Below are positions 38,666 to 52,624 of a DNA stretch of 64,000 bases, in pieces. Every line of letters begins with the position of its first letter. The first letter of the stretch is position 1. The position numbers and the translations under genes were made by a program. The DNA lies in the NCBI GenBank assembly GCA_963713865.1, contig OY970208.1:1472001-1536000 (forward strand), read 5' to 3'. Source of the DNA: an uncultured candidate division Zixibacteria bacterium (GTDB taxonomy: Bacteria > Zixibacteria > MSB-5A5 > RBG-16-43-9). Below the pieces are notes generated by a model. The model saw nothing but the letters and a program-made list of their open reading frames with translations, had not been told where the DNA came from and ran no database searches.

Positions 38666-39358
38666 ATGAATCAAGAACTGATAAATTCAGGGACCCTGTA
38701 TCTGGTCAGTACCCCGATAGGTAATTTAGAGGACATAACTTTCAGAGCTCTGAGAATTTTAAAAGAAGTTAATCTAATTGCCGCTGAGGATACCAGGAAA
38801 ACCGTAATTCTCCTTAAATATTATTCCATTTCCAATCGTCTTACTAACTATCATGATTTTAATAAAGAAAAAAAAGTTCATTCATTGATGCAGGAATTAA
38901 AAGCTGGCAATTCCGTTGCCCTGGTTTCAGATGCAGGTACTCCGGGGATTTCTGATCCGGCTTTTCTTTTAGTCAAGTTAGCCATTCAGGAAGGGATCAG
39001 GGTGGAATCTGTACCGGGACCTACAGCTTTAGTCTCAGCCTTGATAATCTCAGGTCTTCCGACAGATAAATTTGTATTTGAAGGTTTTCTTCCTGCCAAA
39101 GCGGGGAAAAGAAAAAAGAGGATTACTGAACTATCCGAGGAAAAAAGAACCCTGATCTTTTACGAATCACCTCATCGATTTTTGAAAACTCTAGAAGACC
39201 TTTTAAGTATATTAGGAGATAGAAGAATCAGCATAGCCCGGGAGTTGACCAAAAAGTTCGAAGAAGTAAAAAGGGGCAATTTATCAGAAATAATAGAGTA
39301 TTTTAAAACTATGAAGATCAAAGGAGAGTTGGTAATAGTGATTGAAGGGGAAAAGTAA
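38666..39358 (+). CDS. rsmI: 16S rRNA C1402 2'-O-methyltransferase
   Basis: LYLVSTPIGNLEDIT, SDAGTPGISDP, FYESPHR and RELTKKFEE. Confidence 0.96.
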   Translation: MNQELINSGTLYLVSTPIGNLEDITFRALRILKEVNLIAAEDTRKTVILLKYYSISNRLTNYHDFNKEKKVHSLMQELKAGNSVALVSDAGTPGISDPAFLLVKLAIQEGIRVESVPGPTALVSALIISGLPTDKFVFEGFLPAKAGKRKKRITELSEEKRTLIFYESPHRFLKTLEDLLSILGDRRISIARELTKKFEEVKRGNLSEIIEYFKTMKIKGELVIVIEGEK

Positions 39359-39513
39359 AGCTTGAATTCTGCATCTTCAGGGTTTATCCCTGATGTTTTG
39401 CTCTTCGTTGATGTCTTCACTAATGAAGAGTAAATCGTTGATCAGGAGATCAACAAATAGCGGAGTTTCTTTAGTCCCACAAAATGCGGGACGTTACGAT
39501 ACGAAAAGAAAAC

Positions 39514-40428
39514 ATGAAAAAGAATTCAATCTTTCTACCAGTTGATTGGGCAACTATTATTTATCTTTTAGTTTTGAGCCTTATAATTCTATTTTTCAAA
39601 CATAATCAGCCTCTCTGGCATTATTATCTCATTTTCAATTTCTCTATTTTAGTTTTTATTCTTTTAGTGGTGAAATTCCTATCTTTTCCTTATGGTGTAG
39701 CAGGGTTTATCAGGCACTGGTATCCGGTTATTCTTTTCACCTTTCTGTATGAGGAGACCCGTTACCTGGTTCATATTATTTTTCCGGGCTTTTTTGATTT
39801 CTGGATCAATAATTTAGAATTTAACCTCTTCGGAAATTATCCTACGGTCTTTTTGGAAAAATATTCTATTCCGATCTTGAATGAATATTTTCTATTAGCT
39901 TATTTCTCCTACTATTTTCTTCTACCTGTTTCCGGGATTGCTCTTTATTTTGGTAAAAAGATAAAGGAGTTCGATAGGATGGTTTTTACCTCAGCCATTG
40001 TTTTTTATATCTCCTATCTGGGATTTATCTTTTTTCCGGTTGAAGGACCCAGATATGCTCTTTCGGCTGTTCATCAAATTCCAATAAAAGGGTTTATTTT
40101 TGTGCCTTTAGCCCAGTGGATAGTTAAAGTGGGTGGTTTACACGGTGGCTGTATGCCCAGCTCTCATGTAGCAATTGCGTGTGTGGTTTTTGTATTTTCT
40201 TACCGGTATGTCCGGAAGCTATTTTATTTTTTTGGTCCCTTGATCATTAGCCTTTTTATTGGCACAGTTTGGGGTCGGTTTCATTATTTTTTAGATGTTT
40301 TAGCCGGGATTATAGTAGGTCTTTTGAGCCTGTACCTGGTTGAGAAAATTGAGCGTTTCAGGGAAAAGAAAAAAGAATTCAATTTTCAGGACAAGGATTT
40401 TTCACTTGACTTAGTTGAAAAGAAATGA
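39514..40428 (+). CDS. PAP2-superfamily membrane protein, AUR1/IPC-synthase-like
   Basis: FPVEGPRY, CMPSSHVA and RFHYFLDVLAG; about 8 TM segments. Confidence 0.8.
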   Translation: MKKNSIFLPVDWATIIYLLVLSLIILFFKHNQPLWHYYLIFNFSILVFILLVVKFLSFPYGVAGFIRHWYPVILFTFLYEETRYLVHIIFPGFFDFWINNLEFNLFGNYPTVFLEKYSIPILNEYFLLAYFSYYFLLPVSGIALYFGKKIKEFDRMVFTSAIVFYISYLGFIFFPVEGPRYALSAVHQIPIKGFIFVPLAQWIVKVGGLHGGCMPSSHVAIACVVFVFSYRYVRKLFYFFGPLIISLFIGTVWGRFHYFLDVLAGIIVGLLSLYLVEKIERFREKKKEFNFQDKDFSLDLVEKK

Positions 40429-40454
40429 TATTATAGTTTTTTAAAATTTGTCTT

Positions 40455-41081
40455 ATGGCAGAGATTAAACTTTTAAATAGATATTTAGTGAATGGCTTCC
40501 TTACGGTAATTGAGCCAATTGCTAAGCTTTTAATAAGCTTAAAAGTGCATCCTCATGTGGTAACCTTTGCCGGGTTAGGGTTTAGTATTTTTGCGGCTTT
40601 TTTCTTCAAAGATGGGGAGTTTTTTAATGCTGGAATTATGGTTATTTTAGCCGGAATCTGTGACGTACTTGATGGTAGACTGGCAAGGGAGACTAATAAG
40701 ATGAGCAAGTTTGGGGCTTTATTTGACTCCAGCATCGATCGTTATTCTGAGGTTTTGATCTTCTTGGGACTTTCCACCTATTTTCTGATGAGGAGTTCAT
40801 ATATAGTTTTAGTAATTATCGTAGCTATTGCCGGCTCTTTTATGGTAAGTTATACCCGTGCCCGGGCAGAGGGATTAGGGATAGAATGCAAAGTTGGGAT
40901 TATGCAAAGGCAGGAAAGGATCACCTATTTAGCGGCTGGAGCTATCTTGGGCTCAATCCCCGGGACTAATAATTTATTTTTGGTACTCTCTTTGTGGATA
41001 ATTGCTATTTTTGCTAATATTACCGTTTTGCAGAGAATTGTATATATTAAGAACAGATTAGAAGAATCTCAAGGAAACTAA
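40455..41081 (+). CDS. CDP-alcohol phosphatidyltransferase (PIP synthase-like)
   Basis: DVLDGRLAR...GALFDSSIDRYSE and VSYTRARAEGLG; internal promoter TTGACT(40406)-17 bp-TATTAT. Confidence 0.9.
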   Translation: MAEIKLLNRYLVNGFLTVIEPIAKLLISLKVHPHVVTFAGLGFSIFAAFFFKDGEFFNAGIMVILAGICDVLDGRLARETNKMSKFGALFDSSIDRYSEVLIFLGLSTYFLMRSSYIVLVIIVAIAGSFMVSYTRARAEGLGIECKVGIMQRQERITYLAAGAILGSIPGTNNLFLVLSLWIIAIFANITVLQRIVYIKNRLEESQGN

Positions 41082-41096
41082 GGAAAGGAGAAAAGA

Positions 41097-42215
41097 ATGG
41101 GCAAGGTCAGGGTGGCGATAATTGGCGTGGGGAATTGTGCCTCCTCCTTTGTTCAAGGAGTTGAATATTATAAGAACGCCAGAGAAAACCAGCTTATCCC
41201 CGGGATAATGCATGTGAATTTAAGCGGGTATCATATCCGGGATATCGAATTCTCCGCCTGCTTTGACATAGACAAAAACAAAGTAGGTAAAGATTTAAGC
41301 CAGGCGATCTTCACCTGGCCAAATAACACTTATAAATTCTGCTCGGTTCCCAATAAGGGAATCCCGGTTCACCGGGGGATGACTCATGATGGTTTAGGAG
41401 AGTATCTTTCTAAAATAATCGAGAAAGCGCCAGGGCCTACAGCGGACCTTGTGAAAATTCTCAAGGAGACCAATACAGATGTTGTGGTTAATTATTTGCC
41501 AGTAGGAAGTGAAGAAGCTACCAAATGGTATGTGGAACAGATATTAGAAGCAGGATGTGGTTTTGTCAATTGTATTCCAGTTTTCATCGCCAGGGAGAAA
41601 TACTGGCAGAAAAGGTTTGCAGATCGAAATCTTCCAGTAATAGGGGATGATATAAAATCTCAGGTTGGAGCTACTATTGTTCACCGGGTTCTTACCCGTC
41701 TTTTCCGTACCAGAGGGGTAAAGTTAGAGAGGACTTATCAATTAAATGTAGGCGGGAATACCGATTTCCTTAATATGCTTGAGCGCTCCAGACTGGAATC
41801 TAAAAAAATCTCCAAAACCGATGCAGTAACTTCTCAGTTAGATTATGATTTGGGAAGGGATAATGTGCATATCGGACCTTCGGATTATGTTGCCTGGTTA
41901 TTGGATCGAAAAACTGCCTATATTAGGTTGGAAGGGAAAACTTTTGGAGATGTTCCTTTGAATCTGGAGTTGAAATTGGAGGTTTGGGATTCACCTAACT
42001 CTGCTGGAGTGGTTATCGATGCGGTAAGATGCTGTAAATTAGCCATGGAGAATGGGCTTTCCGGAGCGATGGAGGCTCCTTCATCTTATTTTATGAAATC
42101 ACCTCCTAAACAGTTTACAGATGAAGAAGCACGGGAACAGACCGAAGAGTTCATCAAGAGATATACTAAGAAACCTGCTGTTGAAAAAAGAAAGACTTCT
42201 GAAAAGAAAAGATAA
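41097..42215 (+). CDS. ino1: myo-Inositol-1-phosphate synthase
   Basis: [36 protein letters not shown] and WDSPNSAG. Confidence 0.96.
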   Translation: MGKVRVAIIGVGNCASSFVQGVEYYKNARENQLIPGIMHVNLSGYHIRDIEFSACFDIDKNKVGKDLSQAIFTWPNNTYKFCSVPNKGIPVHRGMTHDGLGEYLSKIIEKAPGPTADLVKILKETNTDVVVNYLPVGSEEATKWYVEQILEAGCGFVNCIPVFIAREKYWQKRFADRNLPVIGDDIKSQVGATIVHRVLTRLFRTRGVKLERTYQLNVGGNTDFLNMLERSRLESKKISKTDAVTSQLDYDLGRDNVHIGPSDYVAWLLDRKTAYIRLEGKTFGDVPLNLELKLEVWDSPNSAGVVIDAVRCCKLAMENGLSGAMEAPSSYFMKSPPKQFTDEEAREQTEEFIKRYTKKPAVEKRKTSEKKR

Positions 42216-42250
42216 TCAGGGATGAAGGTGGATTTATTGATTTAAATATA

Positions 42251-42280
42251 AAAGAGGTGGTGAAAACCACCTCTTTGTTT
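42251..42280 (+). terminator. Rho-independent terminator after ino1
   Basis: AAAGAGGTGGT-GAAA-ACCACCTCTTTGTTT. Confidence 0.75.
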
Positions 42281-42293
42281 TGAAGATTTTTTT

Positions 42294-42395
42294 GTAGGGG
42301 CGACCCCCTGTGGTCGCCCGCCAATTGTGAATAACGTAGGGTAAAAATTCAGCCTTGCGAATTAAAAAGAACGCAGCCCTGAAGGGTTGCCCTCC
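42294..42395. repeat. REP cluster (single REP plus doublet)
   Basis: GTAGGGGCGACCCCCTGTGGTCGCCC; GTAGGGTAAAAATTCAGCCTTGC ... GCAGCCCTGAAGGGTTGCCCTCC. Confidence 0.65.
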
Positions 42396-42418
42396 GAAAA
42401 AAGATGATATAAAATGAT

Positions 42419-43048
42419 ATGAAAGGTATTTTAATTACATTTGAAGGGATTGATTATTCAGGGAAGACTACACAAGTGAAAAAACTTGTTGGTTATCTAA
42501 GAAGAAAAGGGCATAAGGTAATACTCTTGAGGGAACCGGGTGGAGAGAAAGTTTCGGAGAGTATCCGTCAGGTCCTTCTGTCTTCTAAGAATATCGGGAT
42601 GAATCCGTTGACCGAGTTACTATTGTATATAGCTTCCAGAGCTCAGCTTGTTTCTAAAATAATTTTGCCTGCTTTAGAACAAGGCAAAATCTTAGTCTGC
42701 GATCGATTTTACGATTCGAGCTTGGCTTATCAGGGATATGGCAGGGGTCTGGATAAAAAGATGATCGAGTATCTTAATAAAATCTCAACTCTCGGAATTA
42801 AACCTGATTTAACTATTTTGATTGATATTCCTATCGAGATATTTGTAAAAAGGATGAGAAAAAATAATAAGAAAAAAGATAGAATTGAGAAGGAAAAGGT
42901 AGATTTTTATAAAAAGGTTAGAGATGGATATTTAAAGATTGCTCGAAGAGAGAAAAAAAGGTTCAGGGTGATTGATGGATCAGAAGAAATTGTAAGGGTC
43001 TGGGAAAAGGTCAAAACTGCAATAGATAATTTTTTTAAGCTGGAGTAA
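42419..43048 (+). CDS. tmk: Thymidylate kinase
   Basis: FEGIDYSGKTT, REPGG and CDRFYDSSLAYQG. Confidence 0.96.
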   Translation: MKGILITFEGIDYSGKTTQVKKLVGYLRRKGHKVILLREPGGEKVSESIRQVLLSSKNIGMNPLTELLLYIASRAQLVSKIILPALEQGKILVCDRFYDSSLAYQGYGRGLDKKMIEYLNKISTLGIKPDLTILIDIPIEIFVKRMRKNNKKKDRIEKEKVDFYKKVRDGYLKIARREKKRFRVIDGSEEIVRVWEKVKTAIDNFFKLE

Positions 43049-43050
43049 AA

Positions 43051-44745
43051 ATGTCTGAGATAAAGATGAAAAGTTCAACTTTTGTATTGTTGTTTGTGGT
43101 GATCGTGCTTCTGGTTTTGATTTTTAACACAACGTATAGATTTGTATCTTTTGGGAGAATTAGTGGATTGGACAGGGTGGCATCTTTGATAAGTTCCAGT
43201 TATGTGGACAGGATAGCGAAGGAAAAGGTTATCAAGGATGGGATTACAGGGATGGTAGCTGATTTAGACCCTTATTCCGAGTATTTAGATAAAAAAGAAT
43301 TAAGCGGACTTTTAGAAGAGAGTAAAGGAGAGTTTCAGGGGATTGGATTGGAAATTGCCATACGGGATGGTTATCCTACGGTTGTCTCACCGTTAGAGGG
43401 AAGTCCAGCCTATAAAGCCGGGATTAAGGCAGGGGATAGGATTATCGAGATAAATGGTATTTCAACTGAGGGTTTATCCGGAGAAGGGGCACAGCAGAAG
43501 ATCAGAGGTCCTAAAGGTAGTAAGGTTAAGATGACTATTGTGAGAGAAGGGATAGCAGAGCCTCTTGAATTCAATTTAATCCGGGAAGTAATTGAGATAA
43601 GAAGCGTTGCCTTTGCTGGGGAAATAGAGGATGGGATTGGGTATATCAGGTTAATCAGATTCTCAGAGAATGCACCCGGAGAGTTAAGTAAGGCTTTAGA
43701 AGATTTAAAGACCAAAAATATTACGGGACTGATCTTGGATTTAAGAGGAAATCCGGGCGGGCTACTTCCAGAAGCGGTTGGAGTGACAGAGCTTTTTCTT
43801 GAAAAGGGTGAGCTTATAGTTGAGATCAAAGGGAGAAAAGCTTCTGATACTAAAAAGTTTTACTCTCAAGTTCAGCCTGTTTTCGATAGTCTTCCTCTGA
43901 TTGTCCTGGTGAATTATGGCTCTGCTTCAGCCTCAGAGATTGTATCCGGTGCTATTCAGGATCAGGATCGGGGTTTGGTTTTAGGGGATACTACCTTTGG
44001 TAAAGGTGCAGTCCAGACTCTATTTGAGCTGGCAAATAATACTGCTTTAAAGCTAACTACTGCTAAGTACTATATCCCCAGTGGTCGACTGATTCAAAAA
44101 GAATTCAGTCATAATAAGAACCTTATTGCGGATACCACAGAAATAGTTGACACTCTACAAAATAAATCAAAAGAGAAGGTCTATTATACCAAGAAAGGAA
44201 GAAAAGTTTATGGAGGTGGAGGGATTGTTCCGGATATGGTAATACCTGATCTTGCTTTTCCTCCCCTGATTCAAAATCTTTTACAAAAACAGCTATTTTT
44301 CGATTTTGCGATTCATTACACTCCCTCAAGGTCAAATTCGACAGTTCACAAAAATATACCAGAAGATTTTCAGGCAGATGATAAGGTCTTAAAAGAGTTC
44401 AAAGATTTTATTAAATTAAAGAGTTTTGAATATAAAACTGCAACTGAGTCTGAGCTTGAAAAATTAAAAGCGACAATTAAAGAAGAGAAAGGTTCTGAGC
44501 AGGTATCAAATGCAATGAAGGAGACTTTGAATGGGTTAAATTACCTGATTGAAAAGGAAAAAGAAGCTGATTTTGAGAAAAATAAAGAGCTTTTGAAATG
44601 GCAGATTGAGGAGGCTATAATGACTAAAGAATTCGGCTCCTCAACCAGGTATAAGGTCTGGGCTAAATACCAGGAGCAGATAAAAAAGGCGATTGAGATT
44701 TTGAAAAATAAGGAGGAGTATGAGAGGTTGTTAAGTTCACCATAA
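43051..44745 (+). CDS. S41 carboxy-terminal processing protease (CtpA/Prc-like)
   Basis: LDPYS, a PDZ domain, DLRGNPGGLL, SASASEIV, FGKG and TTAKYY. Confidence 0.93.
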   Translation: MSEIKMKSSTFVLLFVVIVLLVLIFNTTYRFVSFGRISGLDRVASLISSSYVDRIAKEKVIKDGITGMVADLDPYSEYLDKKELSGLLEESKGEFQGIGLEIAIRDGYPTVVSPLEGSPAYKAGIKAGDRIIEINGISTEGLSGEGAQQKIRGPKGSKVKMTIVREGIAEPLEFNLIREVIEIRSVAFAGEIEDGIGYIRLIRFSENAPGELSKALEDLKTKNITGLILDLRGNPGGLLPEAVGVTELFLEKGELIVEIKGRKASDTKKFYSQVQPVFDSLPLIVLVNYGSASASEIVSGAIQDQDRGLVLGDTTFGKGAVQTLFELANNTALKLTTAKYYIPSGRLIQKEFSHNKNLIADTTEIVDTLQNKSKEKVYYTKKGRKVYGGGGIVPDMVIPDLAFPPLIQNLLQKQLFFDFAIHYTPSRSNSTVHKNIPEDFQADDKVLKEFKDFIKLKSFEYKTATESELEKLKATIKEEKGSEQVSNAMKETLNGLNYLIEKEKEADFEKNKELLKWQIEEAIMTKEFGSSTRYKVWAKYQEQIKKAIEILKNKEEYERLLSSP

Positions 44746-44767
44746 AGGATGAGTAGCTATAGTGAAG

Positions 44768-44905
44768 GTAGGACAGACTTTTAGTCTGTTCTGTAGGGGT
44801 GTGGGGTGGAAGAACGTAAGGCAAGGATTCAGCCTTGCTAAAAACAAAAGAAAATTAAAGAAGCAACCCTGAAGGTCCAGAATGGATTTTGAGAGTTGCC
44901 CTACG
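44768..44905. repeat. REP cluster related to 42294-42395
   Basis: GTAGGACAGACTTTTAGTCTGTTC; GTAAGGCAAGGATTCAGCCTTGC ... GCAACCCTGAAG...GTTGCCCTAC. Confidence 0.65.
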
Positions 44906-44996
44906 AAAAATAAAAGCGGGAGGGGATAACCGCAAAGCTGGATTTCGCAAAGCTCAACGAGCCCCTCCCTTACTAAAATCAAAAACAAAATATATT

Positions 44997-45797
44997 TTGA
45001 ATTGGATTAATCTAATCTTAATGGTTGGGATGGGGGTTTTAGCGGGGTTATATGGAGCGATACTCGGCTTGGGTGGGGGGATTCTTCTTGTGCCGGCTTT
45101 GACCCTTTTCTTTAAAGTACCCATTCATACTGCTATAGGTACCTCTTTGCTCTGTGTGATTGCAACCTCCTCTGCGGCGGCAACTACTTATGTTCAGAAT
45201 AGATTGACTGATGTCCGTCTGGGAATGACTCTGGAATTAGCCACCACCTTAGGGGCGATAATTGGAGGAATTATCGCAGGGTTGATTAACTGGAATATCC
45301 TGAGTATACTTTTTTCATTTCTTTTACTTTACAGCGCTCTTTCTATGTTATCTAAAATAGAAAAAAAGGGAGAAAACTCAACTGAACAGGGATCAATTTC
45401 TACATATCAGATTCAAAATCTGCCTGCGGGTTTGGGATTATCTTTTTTAGCGGGTAATTTCTCCGGTCTTTTGGGAATTGGTGGTGGGATAATTAAAGTC
45501 CCGGCGATGTATCTTTTTATGAAAACACCTTTGAAAGTTGCAACTGCTACCAGCAATTTTATGATCGGAGTTACTGCTTGCGCCAGTGCTTTTATTTATT
45601 ATTTCAGAGGGGATATTAACCTTCTGATTTCCGGGATCTCGATTTTAGGTGTATTCTTGGGTGCTCAAATAGGCTCAAGGATAATTCATAAAATTAAAAC
45701 TAATTATATAAGAATAGCTTTTATTCTGGTTTTATTTTATCTTTGTTTAGAGATGTTTTTCAAAGGAATGAAAATTCATTTTTTATTTTTTGGCTAA
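44997..45797 (+). CDS. TauE/SafE sulfite exporter family protein
   Basis: GAILGLGGGILLVP, AIGTSL, SGLLGIGGGIIKVP and ATATSNFMIG. The longer 5' extension of the ORF runs through REP DNA. Confidence 0.9.
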   Translation: MNWINLILMVGMGVLAGLYGAILGLGGGILLVPALTLFFKVPIHTAIGTSLLCVIATSSAAATTYVQNRLTDVRLGMTLELATTLGAIIGGIIAGLINWNILSILFSFLLLYSALSMLSKIEKKGENSTEQGSISTYQIQNLPAGLGLSFLAGNFSGLLGIGGGIIKVPAMYLFMKTPLKVATATSNFMIGVTACASAFIYYFRGDINLLISGISILGVFLGAQIGSRIIHKIKTNYIRIAFILVLFYLCLEMFFKGMKIHFLFFG

Positions 45798-45867
45798 AAA
45801 AACTGAATTTCAGCCGATAAGTCTAAATGTAAGTATAAATTCCTCAAAGAATTAAGACTAAAAAAGT

Positions 45868-46215
45868 ATGCAAAAGGAAGATATCGTTCACCGTTACATC
45901 AGTTCAATCTTAAAATTAGGTACATATTTATCTGGATCGATCTTAATATTTGGATTTATCCTGTTGATTTTTTCTCCTTCGAAAACTTCCGCCACACTTT
46001 TTTCTTTTTCAGAACTTTCTTCTGAACTATTTAAGTTAAATCCTTATGCTTTTATAAATTTAGGTGTCTTAATTTTGATTTTTACTCCGGTATCGAGAGT
46101 AATTGTGGCAATAATCTCCTTCTTTTTGGAGAAGGATAAAAAATATATCTGGATTTCATCTGGAGTTCTTTTAATCTTGATCGGGAGTATGATTCTTTCA
46201 GTTTTAAAGATTTGA
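45868..46215 (+). CDS. DUF1634 family membrane protein
   Basis: LGVLILIFTPVSRV...EKDKKY; usual partner of TauE. Confidence 0.82.
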   Translation: MQKEDIVHRYISSILKLGTYLSGSILIFGFILLIFSPSKTSATLFSFSELSSELFKLNPYAFINLGVLILIFTPVSRVIVAIISFFLEKDKKYIWISSGVLLILIGSMILSVLKI

Positions 46216-46401
46216 AATCTGTTGGTTTTGAATTTACATAGCGTCCTGCTCTATGCAGGACGAACTGAAACGTCTGGGATAAACCCAAACACTACAAAAA
46301 GTAAGAACACATTGCAACGTGCCCAGCCATCTAAAAATGATTGATTTTGAGTTCAAAATCGTTTTATTACTTATAAGATAAACTGAATTTAAGGATTTCT
46401 T

Positions 46402-48924
46402 ATGAAAACCGTGATAATGGCAGGTGGGTTTGGAACCAGGCTCAGACCTTTAACCTGTAACCTTCCCAAACCGATGGTTTCCATTGCCAATAAGCCGATG
46501 ATGGAGCATATCCTCAACCTTTTGAAGAAGCATAATCTTAAAGAAATTGTCGCTCTGCTTTTTTTCCAAGGGGAGGAGATAAAAAATTATTTCGGAGATG
46601 GTTCAAAATTCGGAGTAAAGATCGAATATATCACTGCTGCTGAAGATTATGGCACTGCAGGAAGCGTTAAGAATGCGGAAGAACTTTTATATAAGGGTTC
46701 TTCATCCGGATCAAATGAGAGGTTCCTGGTAATCTCCGGGGATGTTCTTACTGATATCGATCTATCTTTAGCTCTAGATTTTCATTTGAAAAACAAGGCT
46801 AAAGCTACTATGGTTTTGTCACGGATGGAAAACCCTTTATCCTATGGGGTGGTTTTTACGCAGGAGGATGGAAGAATCTCTCGCTTTCTGGAAAAGCCTA
46901 CCTGGGGAGAAGTTTTCAGCGATACGGTCAATACCGGGATCTATATCTTAGAGACGGATATATTAGAGAAAATTCCTGCAAAAAAAGAATTTGATTTTAG
47001 CAAAGACCTTTTCCCTTTGATGCTTAAAGAAAATGAACGGCTTTTTGGATATGTCTCCCCGGATTACTGGAGAGATGTAGGTAATTTAGCGGAATATTCT
47101 CAAGCTCATCAGGATATATTAGAGGGTAAGGTTAAGATAGAAATTGAAGGGAATCTTTTAAAAAGAAAAGAAGCATTGCTCTGGGTGGGTAAAAATGTGA
47201 AGGTAGGGGAGGAGATGGAATTCGGTGGGGTGGTTATCTTAGGGAGTAATTCTAACTTAGGGTCGAAATCTAAAATCTCTAATTCGGTTATAGGGGAGGG
47301 GGTGCACTGTGGAGAAGGGGTTAATATAAACCGTTCAGTAATCTGGAAAGATAGTTTCATAGGGAATCGTGCTACTTTAAGGGAAACAGTAGTAAGTTTT
47401 AAAACAATTATCGGGGAAGAGGCTACTCTTTTAGAAGACTCTATCGTAAGTGAGAATTGTATCATAGGCTCAAGGTCCAAAATAAATTCCAATGTAAAGG
47501 TCTGGCCTGGTAAAGAGGTTGAATCCGGGGCAATCCTTTCCACAAGCTTGGTCTGGGGAGAAAAATGGAACCGAGAGCTATTCACAGATGCTAAAGTCAG
47601 CGGATTGGGAAACTTAGAGTTTACACCTGAATTTGCAGTAAAATTAGGTGCGGCATTTGGAGCAATTTTAGGAAAAGGGGCAACCGTGGTTACCAGTCGA
47701 GATGCTGGGAAAACCTCCAGGATGACTAATCGTGCCTTTATTTGCGGGCTTTTATCCTCGGGTGTAAATGTACAAGACCTGAGGACTTTACCGATTCCAG
47801 TGGTGAGATATGAGTTGAAATCGGGCAGGGAAAAGGGTGGTATTCATGTCAGAACTTCACCTATAGAGGATAAAACAATAGATATTATCTTTTTTGATGG
47901 AAATGGTCATGATCTTCCAACTTCTAAAGCTAAAGCGGTAGAAAGATTTTTCTTCCGAGAAGATTTTAGAAGAGCTTCGATGGAGGAGGTAGGGCAACTC
48001 GATTTTCCTCAGAGAGTGATTGAATCTTATCGTGATGATTTTCTGAAAGCGATTGATACCGAAGCAATCAAACAGGCTAAATTCAAGGTGGTTATCGATT
48101 ATTCTTATGGGGGTGCTTCAGAAATATTCCCTTCAATTTTAGGAGCTTTAGAATGTGATGTCATCTCTTTAAATGCCTATTTGGATACAAAGAAATTAAC
48201 TCGAAATGGGAGGGAGGAGGTTCAATCCTTACAGCAACTTTCTACCATTGTTAAATCATTAAAAGCAGATGTTGGATTTCTCTTAGATCCAGGAGCAGAG
48301 AAGATCTCAGCTATTGATGAGAAAGGTGAATTTGTCTCTGCAGATTTGTTGCTTCTGATGATAACCTCCTTATTTTTAAGCTCTAATAAAGCTCAAAAGA
48401 TAGCGGTGCCAGTGGTGGCTTCTATGGGGGTAGAGGAGATTGCCTCAGAATACGGGGTTAAGGTTATAAGGGTTAGAAATGATCATTTAGCTATGATGGA
48501 TGCCGTAAGTTCCTTAAAGGTTGATTTTGTTGGTGGGACTAAAGGAGGTTTTATCTTCCCGGGATTCCAATTAGGTGCAGATGGGATGTATGATGTGATC
48601 AAAATCTTGGAACTTATGGCTAAGACTAAAAAAAGATTAGGTGATCTAAGAGGAGAGCTGGAGCAATTCTACTGGATTAAAGAAATGATGCCCTGTGACT
48701 GGAGTAAAAAAGGGCAGGTAATGAGGAAGCTTATACAATATACAGAGCAGTCTAATAGAGAACTGATAGATGGGGTTAGAGTTTTACTGGATGATTCCTG
48801 GGTTCTGGTTGTTCCGGATAGAAGGAAGGCTAACTTTCATATTTATATTGAATCTAAAGATAAATCTATGGCTGAGAAGTTGTTTAAAGAGTATTCACAA
48901 AAAATAGAAGAATGGCAAAAATAG
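46402..48924 (+). CDS. Mannose-1-phosphate guanylyltransferase / phosphomannomutase-like fusion
   Basis: MAGGFGTRLRPLT..PKPM, GTAG, EKP, an LbH region, then PGM/PMM domains (FTPEFAVKLGAAFG, IDGVR). Confidence 0.9.
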   Translation: MKTVIMAGGFGTRLRPLTCNLPKPMVSIANKPMMEHILNLLKKHNLKEIVALLFFQGEEIKNYFGDGSKFGVKIEYITAAEDYGTAGSVKNAEELLYKGSSSGSNERFLVISGDVLTDIDLSLALDFHLKNKAKATMVLSRMENPLSYGVVFTQEDGRISRFLEKPTWGEVFSDTVNTGIYILETDILEKIPAKKEFDFSKDLFPLMLKENERLFGYVSPDYWRDVGNLAEYSQAHQDILEGKVKIEIEGNLLKRKEALLWVGKNVKVGEEMEFGGVVILGSNSNLGSKSKISNSVIGEGVHCGEGVNINRSVIWKDSFIGNRATLRETVVSFKTIIGEEATLLEDSIVSENCIIGSRSKINSNVKVWPGKEVESGAILSTSLVWGEKWNRELFTDAKVSGLGNLEFTPEFAVKLGAAFGAILGKGATVVTSRDAGKTSRMTNRAFICGLLSSGVNVQDLRTLPIPVVRYELKSGREKGGIHVRTSPIEDKTIDIIFFDGNGHDLPTSKAKAVERFFFREDFRRASMEEVGQLDFPQRVIESYRDDFLKAIDTEAIKQAKFKVVIDYSYGGASEIFPSILGALECDVISLNAYLDTKKLTRNGREEVQSLQQLSTIVKSLKADVGFLLDPGAEKISAIDEKGEFVSADLLLLMITSLFLSSNKAQKIAVPVVASMGVEEIASEYGVKVIRVRNDHLAMMDAVSSLKVDFVGGTKGGFIFPGFQLGADGMYDVIKILELMAKTKKRLGDLRGELEQFYWIKEMMPCDWSKKGQVMRKLIQYTEQSNRELIDGVRVLLDDSWVLVVPDRRKANFHIYIESKDKSMAEKLFKEYSQKIEEWQK

Positions 48925-49038
48925 TTACTCAGTGGACGACTCTGAAAAAGACCGTCTTACAATTTTATTAACATAGAGTCTGAGCTTGCCCTGGGTACAA
49001 TATTTAATATCGATCATCTTATATTTATCATCCAGAAA

Positions 49039-52616
<3,578 letters not shown>

Positions 52617-52624
52617 GTCTCAAA

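Noticed and set aside
44737-44996. 83-aa minus-strand ORF and long N-terminal extension of TauE
   Set aside because: Both are translations of REP-cluster DNA.
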